Source: a virus
Taxonomy: Duplodnaviria; Caudoviricetes
Direction: 5' to 3' (one strand)
Length of the DNA: 39,177 nt
IMG/VR virus record: IMGVR_UViG_3300033155_001846
Coordinates: 1-39,177 of that record
The notes under the pieces were generated by a model. It saw only the letters and a program-made list of their open reading frames with translations. It searched no databases and was not told where the DNA came from. Positions 28,773 through 36,928 of this stretch are shown one piece after another. The first letter of the stretch is position 1. Each line of letters starts with the position of its first letter. Both the position numbers and the translations under genes were made by a program.

Positions 28773-28803
28773 AAAAAGGGGGGCAACTTTAATGTTGCCC
28801 CCC
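28773..28803 (-). terminator. Intrinsic terminator after the secreted moron gene
   Basis: GGGGGGCAAC/GTTGCCCCCC stem followed by TTTTT on the minus strand. Confidence 0.8.
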
Positions 28804-28850
28804 CTCGTCAATCACTAATTAATAAAGTGTCTGACGAGGTGCGTGACAAC

Positions 28851-29237
28851 TTACACACCGAAAGCCTCCTTTATTGGGGTGATGCCTCCTTTGCCAGAAG
28901 TAGACGCAAGAGTCATATCTTCACCTAACCCATAAGCTCCATTAAAAGAAGTAAACGCGCCGGTGGAAGCATAGCCTTTCGCAATGCCCTGCATTGCGTC
29001 ACTCTCAGAACCATGACTCAAGGCAAACAGACTATCGTCGGCCTTCTCGTCGCCATGGAATTTATGTTTCAAGCTACCTATAGTCATAGTAGCCATAGCA
29101 CCACCAGTACTATAAACAGAACTGCTAGAAGCGAAGGCACCGTCAGGATCAAAAAAACTAGCCGTTTCAGCGATAGCGATTGAGGCTGTCATTAATGCAC
29201 CCGCAGCGATAGTCGCTGCAATTATTTCTTTTTTCAT
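28851..29237 (-). CDS. Secreted Ala/Ser/Gly-rich hypothetical protein (moron)
   Basis: Signal peptide MKKEIIAATIAAGALMTASIAIA; GAGG RBS; own terminator. Confidence 0.75.
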   Translation of the reverse strand: MKKEIIAATIAAGALMTASIAIAETASFFDPDGAFASSSSVYSTGGAMATMTIGSLKHKFHGDEKADDSLFALSHGSESDAMQGIAKGYASTGAFTSFNGAYGLGEDMTLASTSGKGGITPIKEAFGV

Positions 29238-29363
29238 TAGAAGAATCCTCTGTTGATTAAAAAATTGTTTTCTAAAAAGCTCTCATCCATCTCGGCAGAA
29301 AACAAAAGAACCGAATAATTGGATGATCATGTTCCTGGTATCACCAGCAAATATAAAAATTAA

Positions 29364-29720
29364 TCATATAATCATTCCTGTTTTTCGAGCCGACAATTCA
29401 GTTCGATATAATTCAATAACTAATGCAGATGTAATTCTTTTGTTTCTTACAAGCTCATAATCGTAAACAGCAGCGACGTATTTCTCTCGCCAGTGACAGT
29501 AGTCAGGGCTGGTTCGAGCTTCTGCATCTCTCAGCCCCAACGTATTACGAACTGATTTTAAAAGGTTCAATGACAATATTGTCTTCTCTTGCTTGTCTAA
29601 ACCGTTCATATAGGCTTTAGCCCTAGCAAACTGCTCATCAGTCCCAGCAAGATACTCTGTACACTGATCAACTTCTTCTGTTGATATCATTTTGGCGACG
29701 CCTTTTTTCCGCTGCTGCAT
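29364..29720 (-). CDS. Conserved-type helical phage protein
   Basis: DAEARTSPDY...IELYRTELS coiled-coil pattern; true start possibly MISTEE. Confidence 0.6.
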   Translation of the reverse strand: MQQRKKGVAKMISTEEVDQCTEYLAGTDEQFARAKAYMNGLDKQEKTILSLNLLKSVRNTLGLRDAEARTSPDYCHWREKYVAAVYDYELVRNKRITSALVIELYRTELSARKTGMII

Positions 29721-29889
29721 TTATCCCTAGAAAAGTATCAAGATGGCTGCGGGCTATATTTCGCTGCCCCTCAGTTAACGTGCCTGCATATTCCCTCATC
29801 TTTTTTTTATCTTTTTGATACAACTGAACTATTTTTCCGTTAATAACACCTTGATTATTTTTAAACTGTGGATCGTTATCTTGCGGCAA
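29668..29889 (-). CDS. Hypothetical protein
   Basis: 73-aa ORF overlapping its neighbours in the operon. Confidence 0.45.
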   Translation of the reverse strand: MPQDNDPQFKNNQGVINGKIVQLYQKDKKKMREYAGTLTEGQRNIARSHLDTFLGINAAAEKRRRQNDINRRS

Positions 29890-30616
29890 TGAGAATAGCC
29901 CTCCCTATTATTTCTGGAATATGAGGTACTACTGCATTCCCTAACGCCTTTAATTTAGCCACGTTTTTGGGTACCCCATCAGTTCTGTGACGAACAGCTG
30001 GTTCAGTCGGTGGTTTGATGGGTCTGAATGCTGGTGGATAACTGCGTCCGGTAGGTTGTTTGTTAGTGGGTTTCTTTTTGACGCCTTCATTGCTTCTGGT
30101 GAGCGAGTGCCTTTGTAGTCTCTTGTTGTTGGCGTAGGCAATAACCCAGACCCGCTCCCTTCTGTGTATACCTCCGACACTGCAAGCTGGAATAATAAAC
30201 GTTTGGCAGGCGAAGCCTTCACTCTCCAGATCATGTAGCATATCGTCGAGTGCCAAGGTGATGAAACCAATAACGTTCTCACCAATGACGATAATGGGTT
30301 TGATTTCTTTAATAAGGCGAAACATTTCTGGCCAGAGATTTCGATCATCTTCTTGCCCTCGTCTGTTTCCGGCGATGGAATATGGCTGGCAGGGGAACCC
30401 TCCGCAAATAATGTCAATTGCTCTAATTCCATCGTCATGTAATTTTTTTACCGTTAACTCTTTAATGTCCGTGTATACAGGAACACTTGGCCAGTGTTTT
30501 CTTAAAATAGATTGAGGGAACTCTTCTTTTTCACAAAAAGCGACAGTATTGTGACCTGCTCGTTCTAACCCCAAACTGAAACCACCAATCCCAGAGAACA
30601 AATCCAATACTTTCAT
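29876..30616 (-). CDS. C5 cytosine DNA methyltransferase (alpha-type chain)
   Basis: Motif I DLFSGIGG, IV GGFPCQ, VI ENV, VIII HRRERV, X KALGNAVVP; no motif IX in this frame. Confidence 0.92.
   Translation of the reverse strand: MKVLDLFSGIGGFSLGLERAGHNTVAFCEKEEFPQSILRKHWPSVPVYTDIKELTVKKLHDDGIRAIDIICGGFPCQPYSIAGNRRGQEDDRNLWPEMFRLIKEIKPIIVIGENVIGFITLALDDMLHDLESEGFACQTFIIPACSVGGIHRRERVWVIAYANNKRLQRHSLTRSNEGVKKKPTNKQPTGRSYPPAFRPIKPPTEPAVRHRTDGVPKNVAKLKALGNAVVPHIPEIIGRAILIAAR
29950..30438 (-). CDS. Overprinted methyltransferase beta-type chain
   Basis: Nested alternative frame with LPTPTTRDYKG and motif IX-like RLNQLFVTELMGYPKTW. Confidence 0.7.
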   Translation of the reverse strand: MTMELEQLTLFAEGSPASHIPSPETDEGKKMIEISGQKCFALLKKSNPLSSLVRTLLVSSPWHSTICYMIWRVKASPAKRLLFQLAVSEVYTEGSGSGLLPTPTTRDYKGTRSPEAMKASKRNPLTNNLPDAVIHQHSDPSNHRLNQLFVTELMGYPKTWLN

Positions 30617-30677
30617 TGACTCCGTTCTGTCGTCAAGCGATTCATTTAATTATCGAAGCCATATGCTCATTATCAAT

Positions 30678-31100
30678 TCAAAGAAAACCAGAAAAAGAGA
30701 GAATTCCTTGTTCTCCATCAATTCTTTTACTAATCATTCGCTTGTACTCTTCCTTCATAAAAATATACATTTCGTCCTTATCTTTCTTAGTCAGCTTAAC
30801 AATCTCTCTATGTTTTTTTTCCAGCATATCAATGACAGAATCACCACGATAATTCCTGACCCACTGATTAAATGTTATTGGATTCCCACCCAGATGCTGA
30901 TGACACGAAAAACAATGAGCGACGGCATTAAGTGGTTCCCATCTAGTTGCTCTATGACGCCGTGAGTAAAAATGAGAACAATGCAGTCCTTGCCTGCTGC
31001 CTTCAGGGTAATATCGACCGCAACACTGGCACGTCCAGTTGTCTCGTTCTCTAACACTGTCAGAAAACAACTTGTCGAACTTGTCACGCTTCATCCCCAT
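30678..31100 (-). CDS. ninG: NinG/Rap-like HNH endonuclease
   Basis: VRERD..CQCCG, HCSHFYSR..ATRWEPLNAVAHCFSCH..LGGNP. Confidence 0.75.
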   Translation of the reverse strand: MGMKRDKFDKLFSDSVRERDNWTCQCCGRYYPEGSRQGLHCSHFYSRRHRATRWEPLNAVAHCFSCHQHLGGNPITFNQWVRNYRGDSVIDMLEKKHREIVKLTKKDKDEMYIFMKEEYKRMISKRIDGEQGILSFSGFL

Positions 31101-31297
31101 TAGTCAGCCAGTCGGTATTCAGAATATCGTTTGCCATTTTTTTTTCTACTTTTACTTATGATTTTGTGTCCCGCGTTCTTTAAATCACCAATGCGAGCGG
31201 CCAGCCGAAAACACTCAAACATGTTAAGTGCCTGGATAGCATCTATTGAATTGTTGCTTTTTAAATATTTAAGTATTTTTTTATTCTGGCTTCTCAT
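31100..31297 (-). CDS. Winged HTH protein
   Basis: SQNKKILKYL...IDAIQALNMFECFRLAARIGDLKNAGH..YSEYRL. Confidence 0.85.
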   Translation of the reverse strand: MRSQNKKILKYLKSNNSIDAIQALNMFECFRLAARIGDLKNAGHKIISKSRKKNGKRYSEYRLAD

Positions 31298-31625
31298 CTT
31301 TTTTGCCTAAAAGCTTATTTAATGCCGCTCTTCCAATACTTCTGTTTGTATCTGGCGCTCCCATCGTCTTGTACTCACAAAACGACTGACCTCCTTTTCT
31401 AATAACGTCTTCATCCTTCTTACTGAATGACAGCGACTTCTTTAACCAGTTTTTAAAAGCCACATTAAAATAAGACCTTTTTTGTTTTGTCTCTTTATGC
31501 CAAAAAATAAACGCCATCTTCTCCTTATCTATAGTGTGCGAAGAGATTCCCATACTCTTACACCAATCAATAAGATTATCTGACGGGGTATAATCATCTC
31601 TAATAATCTCTGCTTTTTTTTTCAC
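31281..31625 (-). CDS. DnaT-like ssDNA-binding/replication protein
   Basis: DDYTPS..IDW...F..WH....KRS.FNVAFKNWLKK. Confidence 0.6.
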   Translation of the reverse strand: MKKKAEIIRDDYTPSDNLIDWCKSMGISSHTIDKEKMAFIFWHKETKQKRSYFNVAFKNWLKKSLSFSKKDEDVIRKGGQSFCEYKTMGAPDTNRSIGRAALNKLLGKKDEKPE

Positions 31626-31883
31626 TGGTTGTTTATGGCCTTATTTTTCATGCAAAATCCATATCCAGAGACAGTACTAATCCCAAAGACGCATCATCTA
31701 TGATGCGCTCTGAACTATGCAAAAACCCAATAGAGCCGTCGAATGCACATTCACCAGTTCAGGCTACCCTTACCTCTTATCTCTTTTAACTTCAGAACGT
31801 CTGGCGATTAATCCCTATTCTGAAGATTTTTTTATGCTGGCCAAACGGAGAACACCTTGTCAGACCTATATACCAGCAACCAC

Positions 31884-32177
31884 TCACAGTGGGTAAAAAT
31901 GATCTCTCATGTCTTTATAAGAACAGGCGTTACCTGTCGCTTTAGCTAACACCATCATCGTTTTGGAGCTAGGCTGGCATCTACATGGCCGTTTATAACG
32001 ATAATGAGATGCCAATGGTTTAACTAGGGGGCGAATGTAATTGACCTTTATTGAGTCAACCGACGTCCCCGCACTCTTTGCAAACTTTTTGCGTTCCTTT
32101 GCTGACAGTGTCGAATACCACAACTGAAATTCAGATTGCGCGTGACGAGGAATAGGTGCTGTCATTACTGGAAACAT
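31884..32177 (-). CDS. Cro-like regulator
   Basis: LSAKERKKFAKSAGTSVDSI...PS..TM..LAKA; divergent from the cI-like gene. Confidence 0.65.
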   Translation of the reverse strand: MFPVMTAPIPRHAQSEFQLWYSTLSAKERKKFAKSAGTSVDSIKVNYIRPLVKPLASHYRYKRPCRCQPSSKTMMVLAKATGNACSYKDMRDHFYPL

Positions 32178-32192
32178 AAAAATACATAACGT

Positions 32193-32221
32193 TTTATAAC
32201 GCGACTGTCGTGTTCTGTCAA
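32193..32221 (-). promoter_or_regulatory. pR-like promoter overlapped by an operator-like motif
   Basis: TTGACA-17-TATAAA; TGAC-N7-GACA at 32206-32220. Confidence 0.65.
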
Positions 32222-32306
32222 CTATTTTAAAAAGTGTCAGGCGAAGTGTTATTTTTTTTTTTTTGTTTTATACTCGACAATATGAGACATAAAAGAGAGG
32301 TGATGA

Positions 32307-32813
32307 TTGATGGACACGGTTGATGAAATTCGCCTAAAGAATTTGCAGCTACTGATGGATTATGGTTCAGGGACGGTAACTTACCTAGCCGGCGAGTCAG
32401 GTATTAGCCGATCCACACTATCGTCGGTAATGAACGGAAAAAAGATGTTAACCAAACACGCACGAGTTATCGAAAGAGCTTTTGATAAGCCGTTTGGTTG
32501 GCTCGATTTATCGCACAGCTCAAAAGGCATTGTTGAATACGACAAGCCCACACTGAGTTCAGCACTAAAATGTCTTTATGGCATAAAAGAAATGACAGCA
32601 CTATACGAGGATCTCTCCGTCAAAGGAAAAACAGACTTACTGGATAGGCTTATCCTTATTTTTTCTGATCCTGTGGCGAGAGAGTTAAAACCAAAAACAC
32701 TTATGATTATGTTGGGGGTTACTAATGATAAAAAAGGAAAAACCAAGAAAAGATCAGCTTTTGCCAAAAACGGTAATAAGACTGGTCGAGCTAAATCGAA
32801 TCCTGAAAAATAA
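32307..32813 (+). CDS. CI-like repressor (N-terminal HTH, no peptidase S24 domain seen)
   Basis: IRLKNLQLL...LAGESGISRSTLSSVMNG...ARVIERAF..P.GWLD. Confidence 0.75.
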   Translation: MMDTVDEIRLKNLQLLMDYGSGTVTYLAGESGISRSTLSSVMNGKKMLTKHARVIERAFDKPFGWLDLSHSSKGIVEYDKPTLSSALKCLYGIKEMTALYEDLSVKGKTDLLDRLILIFSDPVARELKPKTLMIMLGVTNDKKGKTKKRSAFAKNGNKTGRAKSNPEK

Positions 32814-32898
32814 AGACGCATATATAAGAAAACATGAAGCGGAAATCGCTTTAACGAGCGGAAACATAATAAACGTGAGTTTCAGAAAGAAAAGATAG
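32725..32898 (+). CDS. Small basic hypothetical protein (57 aa, below the track cutoff)
   Basis: ATG after GGGGG RBS; MIKKEKPRKDQLLPKTVIRLVELNRIL...NIINVSFRKKR; ends at the terminator. Confidence 0.5.
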   Translation: MIKKEKPRKDQLLPKTVIRLVELNRILKNKDAYIRKHEAEIALTSGNIINVSFRKKR

Positions 32899-32923
32899 CC
32901 ACGAGAATCCTTGTGGTTTTTTT
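32897..32923 (+). terminator. Intrinsic terminator of the repressor unit
   Basis: AGCCACGAG..CTTGTGGTT followed by a T-run. Confidence 0.75.
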
Positions 32924-33001
32924 CTCGCCCCCCTTTTTTGATAGTTTTTCAGATCTTACAGTATTGACAGTCTTAACGGTTTTTACTGTTTGATTGCTTG
33001 T

Positions 33002-33073
33002 TCACTTTTATCACTTTTATCACTTTTATCACTTTTATCATTTTTATCACTTTTATTACTTTTATTACTATTG
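33002..33073. repeat. 9-bp tandem array (TCACTTTTA) x7-8
   Basis: Direct read; degenerate 9-mers continue upstream at 32956-32991. Confidence 0.95.
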
Positions 33074-33097
33074 ATGGATCAACCCTCACGACGATAT

Positions 33098-33126
33098 GTG
33101 ACACACGCGTTGATTATTGTTATATT
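33098..33126 (+). promoter_or_regulatory. pL-like early promoter
   Basis: GTGACA-17-TATATT with TGn; overlapped by CGAC-N7-GACA at 33089-33103. Confidence 0.65.
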
Positions 33127-33143
33127 TGGAGTAATATACCGGC

Positions 33144-33605
33144 ATGTCAAAAGTAAAAGAACAGCTTTGGCGTGAACCTGAATATGACTCTGAAATATAC
33201 TACGAACAGGAACCTGTCATGCACATATCAAAAATGATTTCATCGAAATTCATAAAATCTGGTGATGTTGAACAGCCAATACTAGTGACCATTAATGGTG
33301 TTAGTAAGCAGAACGTTGCCAAAGAAAACGAACAGCCTGTAATCAAGTATCTACTGAACTTCTCCGATCATGAAAAGCCACTTGTTTTAAACGTAACCAA
33401 CACTCAATTATGTGCATCAGCCTGTAACTCAGAAGAGACTGAGGACTGGACTGGCCATCAGATCGTATTGTATAACGACCCAACAATTATGTATGGAGGT
33501 AGCTTAACAGGCGGCGTCAGGATTCGCGCACCAAAAAATATAATACAAAATGAAACCAAGTTCCCCGAAAAGAACAACGGCTTCAACGATGATATTGGCT
33601 TCTGA
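33144..33605 (+). CDS. Putative ssDNA-binding protein
   Basis: SKFIKS.D, KPLVLNVTN, ETEDWTG..IVLY, GGVRIR; acidic DDIGF tail. Confidence 0.6.
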   Translation: MSKVKEQLWREPEYDSEIYYEQEPVMHISKMISSKFIKSGDVEQPILVTINGVSKQNVAKENEQPVIKYLLNFSDHEKPLVLNVTNTQLCASACNSEETEDWTGHQIVLYNDPTIMYGGSLTGGVRIRAPKNIIQNETKFPEKNNGFNDDIGF

Positions 33606-34426
33606 TGGCGGATTATGCATCTGAGTCTGGTCATTGGTACACAAGGGACGGTGCCCCTTGTTATCTGGTAAAGGGGAAAAATGGAAAGATACGAAACACG
33701 ACACTCAGGGACGCAAGAACACTAAAATTAGTTCCATCAGTGACTGAAGTAATGAAGATTGTAGCTAAACCAGGTTTAGAGCGATGGAAACAAGAACAAA
33801 TAAAATTATCGTCGCTTACGTTACCAGCAAACGAAGGAGAAACGCTCGATGAGTTCTCCAATAGGATAGATGCGGATGCCAACAAGCAAGCCATCGACGC
33901 AAGAAACATGGGAACAAGTATTCACGGCGCTATTGAGAGGTACTTCAAAAATGGAGAAGTCGGCAAACACAAAAAAATAGTTGAGAAATTAATATCAGAG
34001 CTAAAAATTGAATTTGGCGACCAGTTGTGGTCTTCCGAAAAGTCGTTCTCTCACCCATCAGGCTTTGGCGGAAAAGTTGACTTATATTCTAACGAATGGG
34101 TTATTGATTTTAAAACCAGAGATTTTTTAAAAAAAGATTTAAAAAAAAACTTCACTCTTCCCGACAACCTAATGCAACTGTCAGCTTATAAATACGGATT
34201 AAACTTAAAAAAAGCAGAAACAGCCAGTGTTTTTATATCAAGAACTGAAGAGGGATTAATAAAAGTCGAAAAACATAAAAATAAATTGAACTTTTCTTTT
34301 GGAAAATTGTTGTCATTCTGGATGGCGTTAAAAGACTATGACTCTAGTTATAGTGGGAGTAACATCACCAGTCCAAAAGAGGAACCACGTAATGATAGCA
34401 ACTCAAAAAGTAAAAAAAATATCTGA
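33605..34426 (+). CDS. PD-(D/E)XK exonuclease
   Basis: HWY, PSVT, GTSIHGAIE, SEK, GGKVDL, VIDFKT, QLSAY. Confidence 0.85.
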   Translation: MADYASESGHWYTRDGAPCYLVKGKNGKIRNTTLRDARTLKLVPSVTEVMKIVAKPGLERWKQEQIKLSSLTLPANEGETLDEFSNRIDADANKQAIDARNMGTSIHGAIERYFKNGEVGKHKKIVEKLISELKIEFGDQLWSSEKSFSHPSGFGGKVDLYSNEWVIDFKTRDFLKKDLKKNFTLPDNLMQLSAYKYGLNLKKAETASVFISRTEEGLIKVEKHKNKLNFSFGKLLSFWMALKDYDSSYSGSNITSPKEEPRNDSNSKSKKNI

Positions 34427-35318
34427 TTGGCAAAAAACACTCGCGGCTCACAAAAAATCAAAAAAAAAAGAACCTGTGTTTTTAATTACCGATCTATTCC
34501 CTGAAGATGCCGATCACCTACTGGAGGTCAACGAGAGAAATCGCCATATACATGTAAAGACAGTTGACCGATATAAACGCTTCATGAGTAGTGGGAAGTG
34601 GCAGCTAAATGGTGAATGCATAAAGATAGGGGCTGATGGATCTCTCCTTGATGGACAGCACAGACTTGAGGCATTAAAGCAGTTAGATAAACCAATAAGA
34701 GTATCATTAGCCATTGGCATTGATCCAAGAACTTTTTCAGTTAATGACACGGGGAGATCTAGAACAGCTGGCGATATATTATCCATAGCTGGATACAAGA
34801 ACGTAAATGCTAACGCGGCAGCACTGCGATATCTAATATGGTATCAACAGTCGGAAACGTTCTCTACGCGAGTAGATATATCACCTTCAGATATACTGTT
34901 CGCGATAAAAAAATGGCCGCATATAAAACATTTCGTGTACCCCGCAATCGAATACAAGCACTTAATTCCAAGCAGTGTTGTGCAGTTCTTTATGTACGTG
35001 ACTCAAACAATTAATCCAGAAAAGTCATTTTGTTTTTTTAGTAAGCTGTTGACCGGCGAGGGATTAGAAAAAAAATCAAGCATCTTACAGTTGCGAGAAA
35101 TGCTACTAAAACACAAACTATCTAATGTGCATATGGATAAGCGACATAATCTCGCCTGCCTTGTCATTGCATGGGACTCCTTCATCGAAGAGAGAACAGT
35201 AAAAAATGTAAAATGGAATGGTGTTAGTTTTCCGCTAATAACAGGAGCAGACCGGAACGTGATTTTTAAACGCAACTCAGGTTTTAGTTCAAATGACTTT
35301 GGTGAGCAAAACCATTAA
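34392..35318 (+). CDS. ParB-like/DGQHR-domain protein
   Basis: NRNR...Y.R.M.SGKWQLNGE.I...LLDGQHRLEA, DTGRSRTAGDIL; start revised to ATG 34392 after GAGG. Confidence 0.75.
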   Translation: MIATQKVKKISDWQKTLAAHKKSKKKEPVFLITDLFPEDADHLLEVNERNRHIHVKTVDRYKRFMSSGKWQLNGECIKIGADGSLLDGQHRLEALKQLDKPIRVSLAIGIDPRTFSVNDTGRSRTAGDILSIAGYKNVNANAAALRYLIWYQQSETFSTRVDISPSDILFAIKKWPHIKHFVYPAIEYKHLIPSSVVQFFMYVTQTINPEKSFCFFSKLLTGEGLEKKSSILQLREMLLKHKLSNVHMDKRHNLACLVIAWDSFIEERTVKNVKWNGVSFPLITGADRNVIFKRNSGFSSNDFGEQNH

Positions 35319-35403
35319 ATGCGACATTTTACGACACTATCGTTGCTTATTGTCACATAAGAGGATACCCTATAGTTATCTAATCAATAACTATAGGGCA
35401 TCC

Positions 35404-35709
35404 ATGTTACTTACCATAAAAGACGTCGCTAAAGAGCTTCAATGCAACTACCAGACAGTTAGAAGAATGGTAGCCAGTGGCAAGATCGAAGCTATCCGCG
35501 TTAATGCACGTTGCATCAGGATTCACCCCGACAGTTTAGATAGATACATCAACACTAAACTCAAAGAGGCTAAATCATGCGAGCAACAAAAAGCAAAACA
35601 ACTGGAAGATTCCAGTTCAGGTTCTACGACTCAGCAGGAGACCAGCAGTTCTTCTCGTCAAGAAAGGATTTCCCGAAGGGTATTAATCAAAGGCAGGCGG
35701 ACGAAATAG
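35404..35709 (+). CDS. xis: Excisionase (HTH_17-like)
   Basis: MLLTIKDVAKELQCNYQTVRRMVASGKIEAIRV..IRI..DSLDRYI; overlaps int. Confidence 0.8.
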   Translation: MLLTIKDVAKELQCNYQTVRRMVASGKIEAIRVNARCIRIHPDSLDRYINTKLKEAKSCEQQKAKQLEDSSSGSTTQQETSSSSRQERISRRVLIKGRRTK

Positions 35710-36587
35710 CGACGAGTATTCATGAAATTCATGAAGCAGTATTGACTAAAACGAGCCGCCCTCTTCTATCAGATTGCGTAAACAGAATGATCGAACACCT
35801 AGCAAACACAGGTGTAAAAAACATAGACAACTATCAAAACCATGCAAACGCTGCACTAAAACACAATAGAGAAGGCAACACTATTGATGACGTAGTGAGA
35901 GTGTGCATAGAGATGAGAGACAGTATGTTAAAAGCCAAAAAAGATAACGGCTCTCCTAAATACAGTGGCAACACCATCGGTAAACGAATGTACATATATA
36001 AAAGAACGGCCAACTTGGCTTTTCAGGAATGGGACATTATCGACCAGCCTCTATCGCAAAAAATGAAAAAACCAAAAATACCAAAAGCAAGAACTCGCTT
36101 TTTGACACCTGAGGATTGTGGGCGATTAATAGATCAATGTGAAGACGACCAAACCAGATATGTTCTCGCTTTGTACGCATTGACTGGCATTCGCCATGCC
36201 GAATTAAAAAGAATGGGCAGCACAGACATATTAAAAAATCGCATTATCATTGACGGAAAAAATGGATCAACCCGATCATTTGCTATATCAAAAGAAGCCT
36301 TGGATATCGCAAGCAAGATAGATTTTCCTGTAACCAGAACATATGATCAGATGTATAAGTTCTTTTGCGATGCAAAGGACTTGGCTGGAGTTGAGGATTT
36401 TGGGATGCACGACCTTCGTCACACATTTGCTTCATGGCTGGCACAGTCAGGAGATGTATCGCTTCATCATCTACAGCAAGTTATGGGGCATTCGCAAATG
36501 AATCAGACATTAAAATACGCCCACTTGATGCCGGAGGATCTTGATGGCGTAGCAGTGAATTTATCAATAAAAGACCAAAAAAACTGA
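35577..36587 (+). CDS. int: Tyrosine integrase
   Basis: TGIRHAE (R), GKNG (K), HDLRHTFAS (HxxR), MGH, LKYAH (Y). Confidence 0.95.
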   Translation: MRATKSKTTGRFQFRFYDSAGDQQFFSSRKDFPKGINQRQADEIATSIHEIHEAVLTKTSRPLLSDCVNRMIEHLANTGVKNIDNYQNHANAALKHNREGNTIDDVVRVCIEMRDSMLKAKKDNGSPKYSGNTIGKRMYIYKRTANLAFQEWDIIDQPLSQKMKKPKIPKARTRFLTPEDCGRLIDQCEDDQTRYVLALYALTGIRHAELKRMGSTDILKNRIIIDGKNGSTRSFAISKEALDIASKIDFPVTRTYDQMYKFFCDAKDLAGVEDFGMHDLRHTFASWLAQSGDVSLHHLQQVMGHSQMNQTLKYAHLMPEDLDGVAVNLSIKDQKN

Positions 36588-36835
36588 GCCTAAAATAACA
36601 AACCCCCAGAATCAGAGAATAATAAGGCCGTAATGTTTTTATTAATCTCTGATTCTTTTTTCTATAAAATATCAAAAAAAACCATCCATCAACGACCTTG
36701 AATACAGCTAAAAAAAATTACTTATTTTTTACTTAAAAAGTGAATTATCCCCTATATAGAAAACAGTAAGTACTACATATAGTATTAAGTAAAGAAAAAG
36801 AACACTATATGCTGTAGGTATCAATGATAAATTGA

Positions 36836-36881
36836 ACTGTTAATCCGTTTGTCCCTGGTTCGAGTCCAGGTCGGGGAGCCA
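36836..36881 (+). other. att core: 3' half of tRNA-Asn(GTT)
   Basis: ACTGTTAATCCG...GGTTCGAGTCC...GGGGAGCCA; 5' half (acceptor 5' strand, D-arm) absent; located after int. Confidence 0.88.
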
Positions 36882-36891
36882 CATTCTAGAG

Positions 36892-36920
36892 GCCTCTTAG
36901 CGATAAGGGGCTTTTTTTTT
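36892..36920 (+). terminator. Terminator after the tRNA 3' fragment
   Basis: GCCTCTTA-GCGA-TAAGGGGC followed by T9. Confidence 0.8.
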
Positions 36921-36928
36921 GAAAAAAA

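Noticed and set aside
33002-33073. CRISPR array or DnaA boxes
   Set aside because: No spacers; the unit does not match TTATCCACA.
32990-33175. 61-aa Leu/Ser-rich ORF as a holin or membrane protein
   Set aside because: Translation product of the 9-bp repeat; TTG start without an RBS; crosses the early promoter.
36805-36881. Intact tRNA-Asn gene
   Set aside because: The 5' acceptor strand, D-arm and 5' anticodon stem are missing; treated as an att core.
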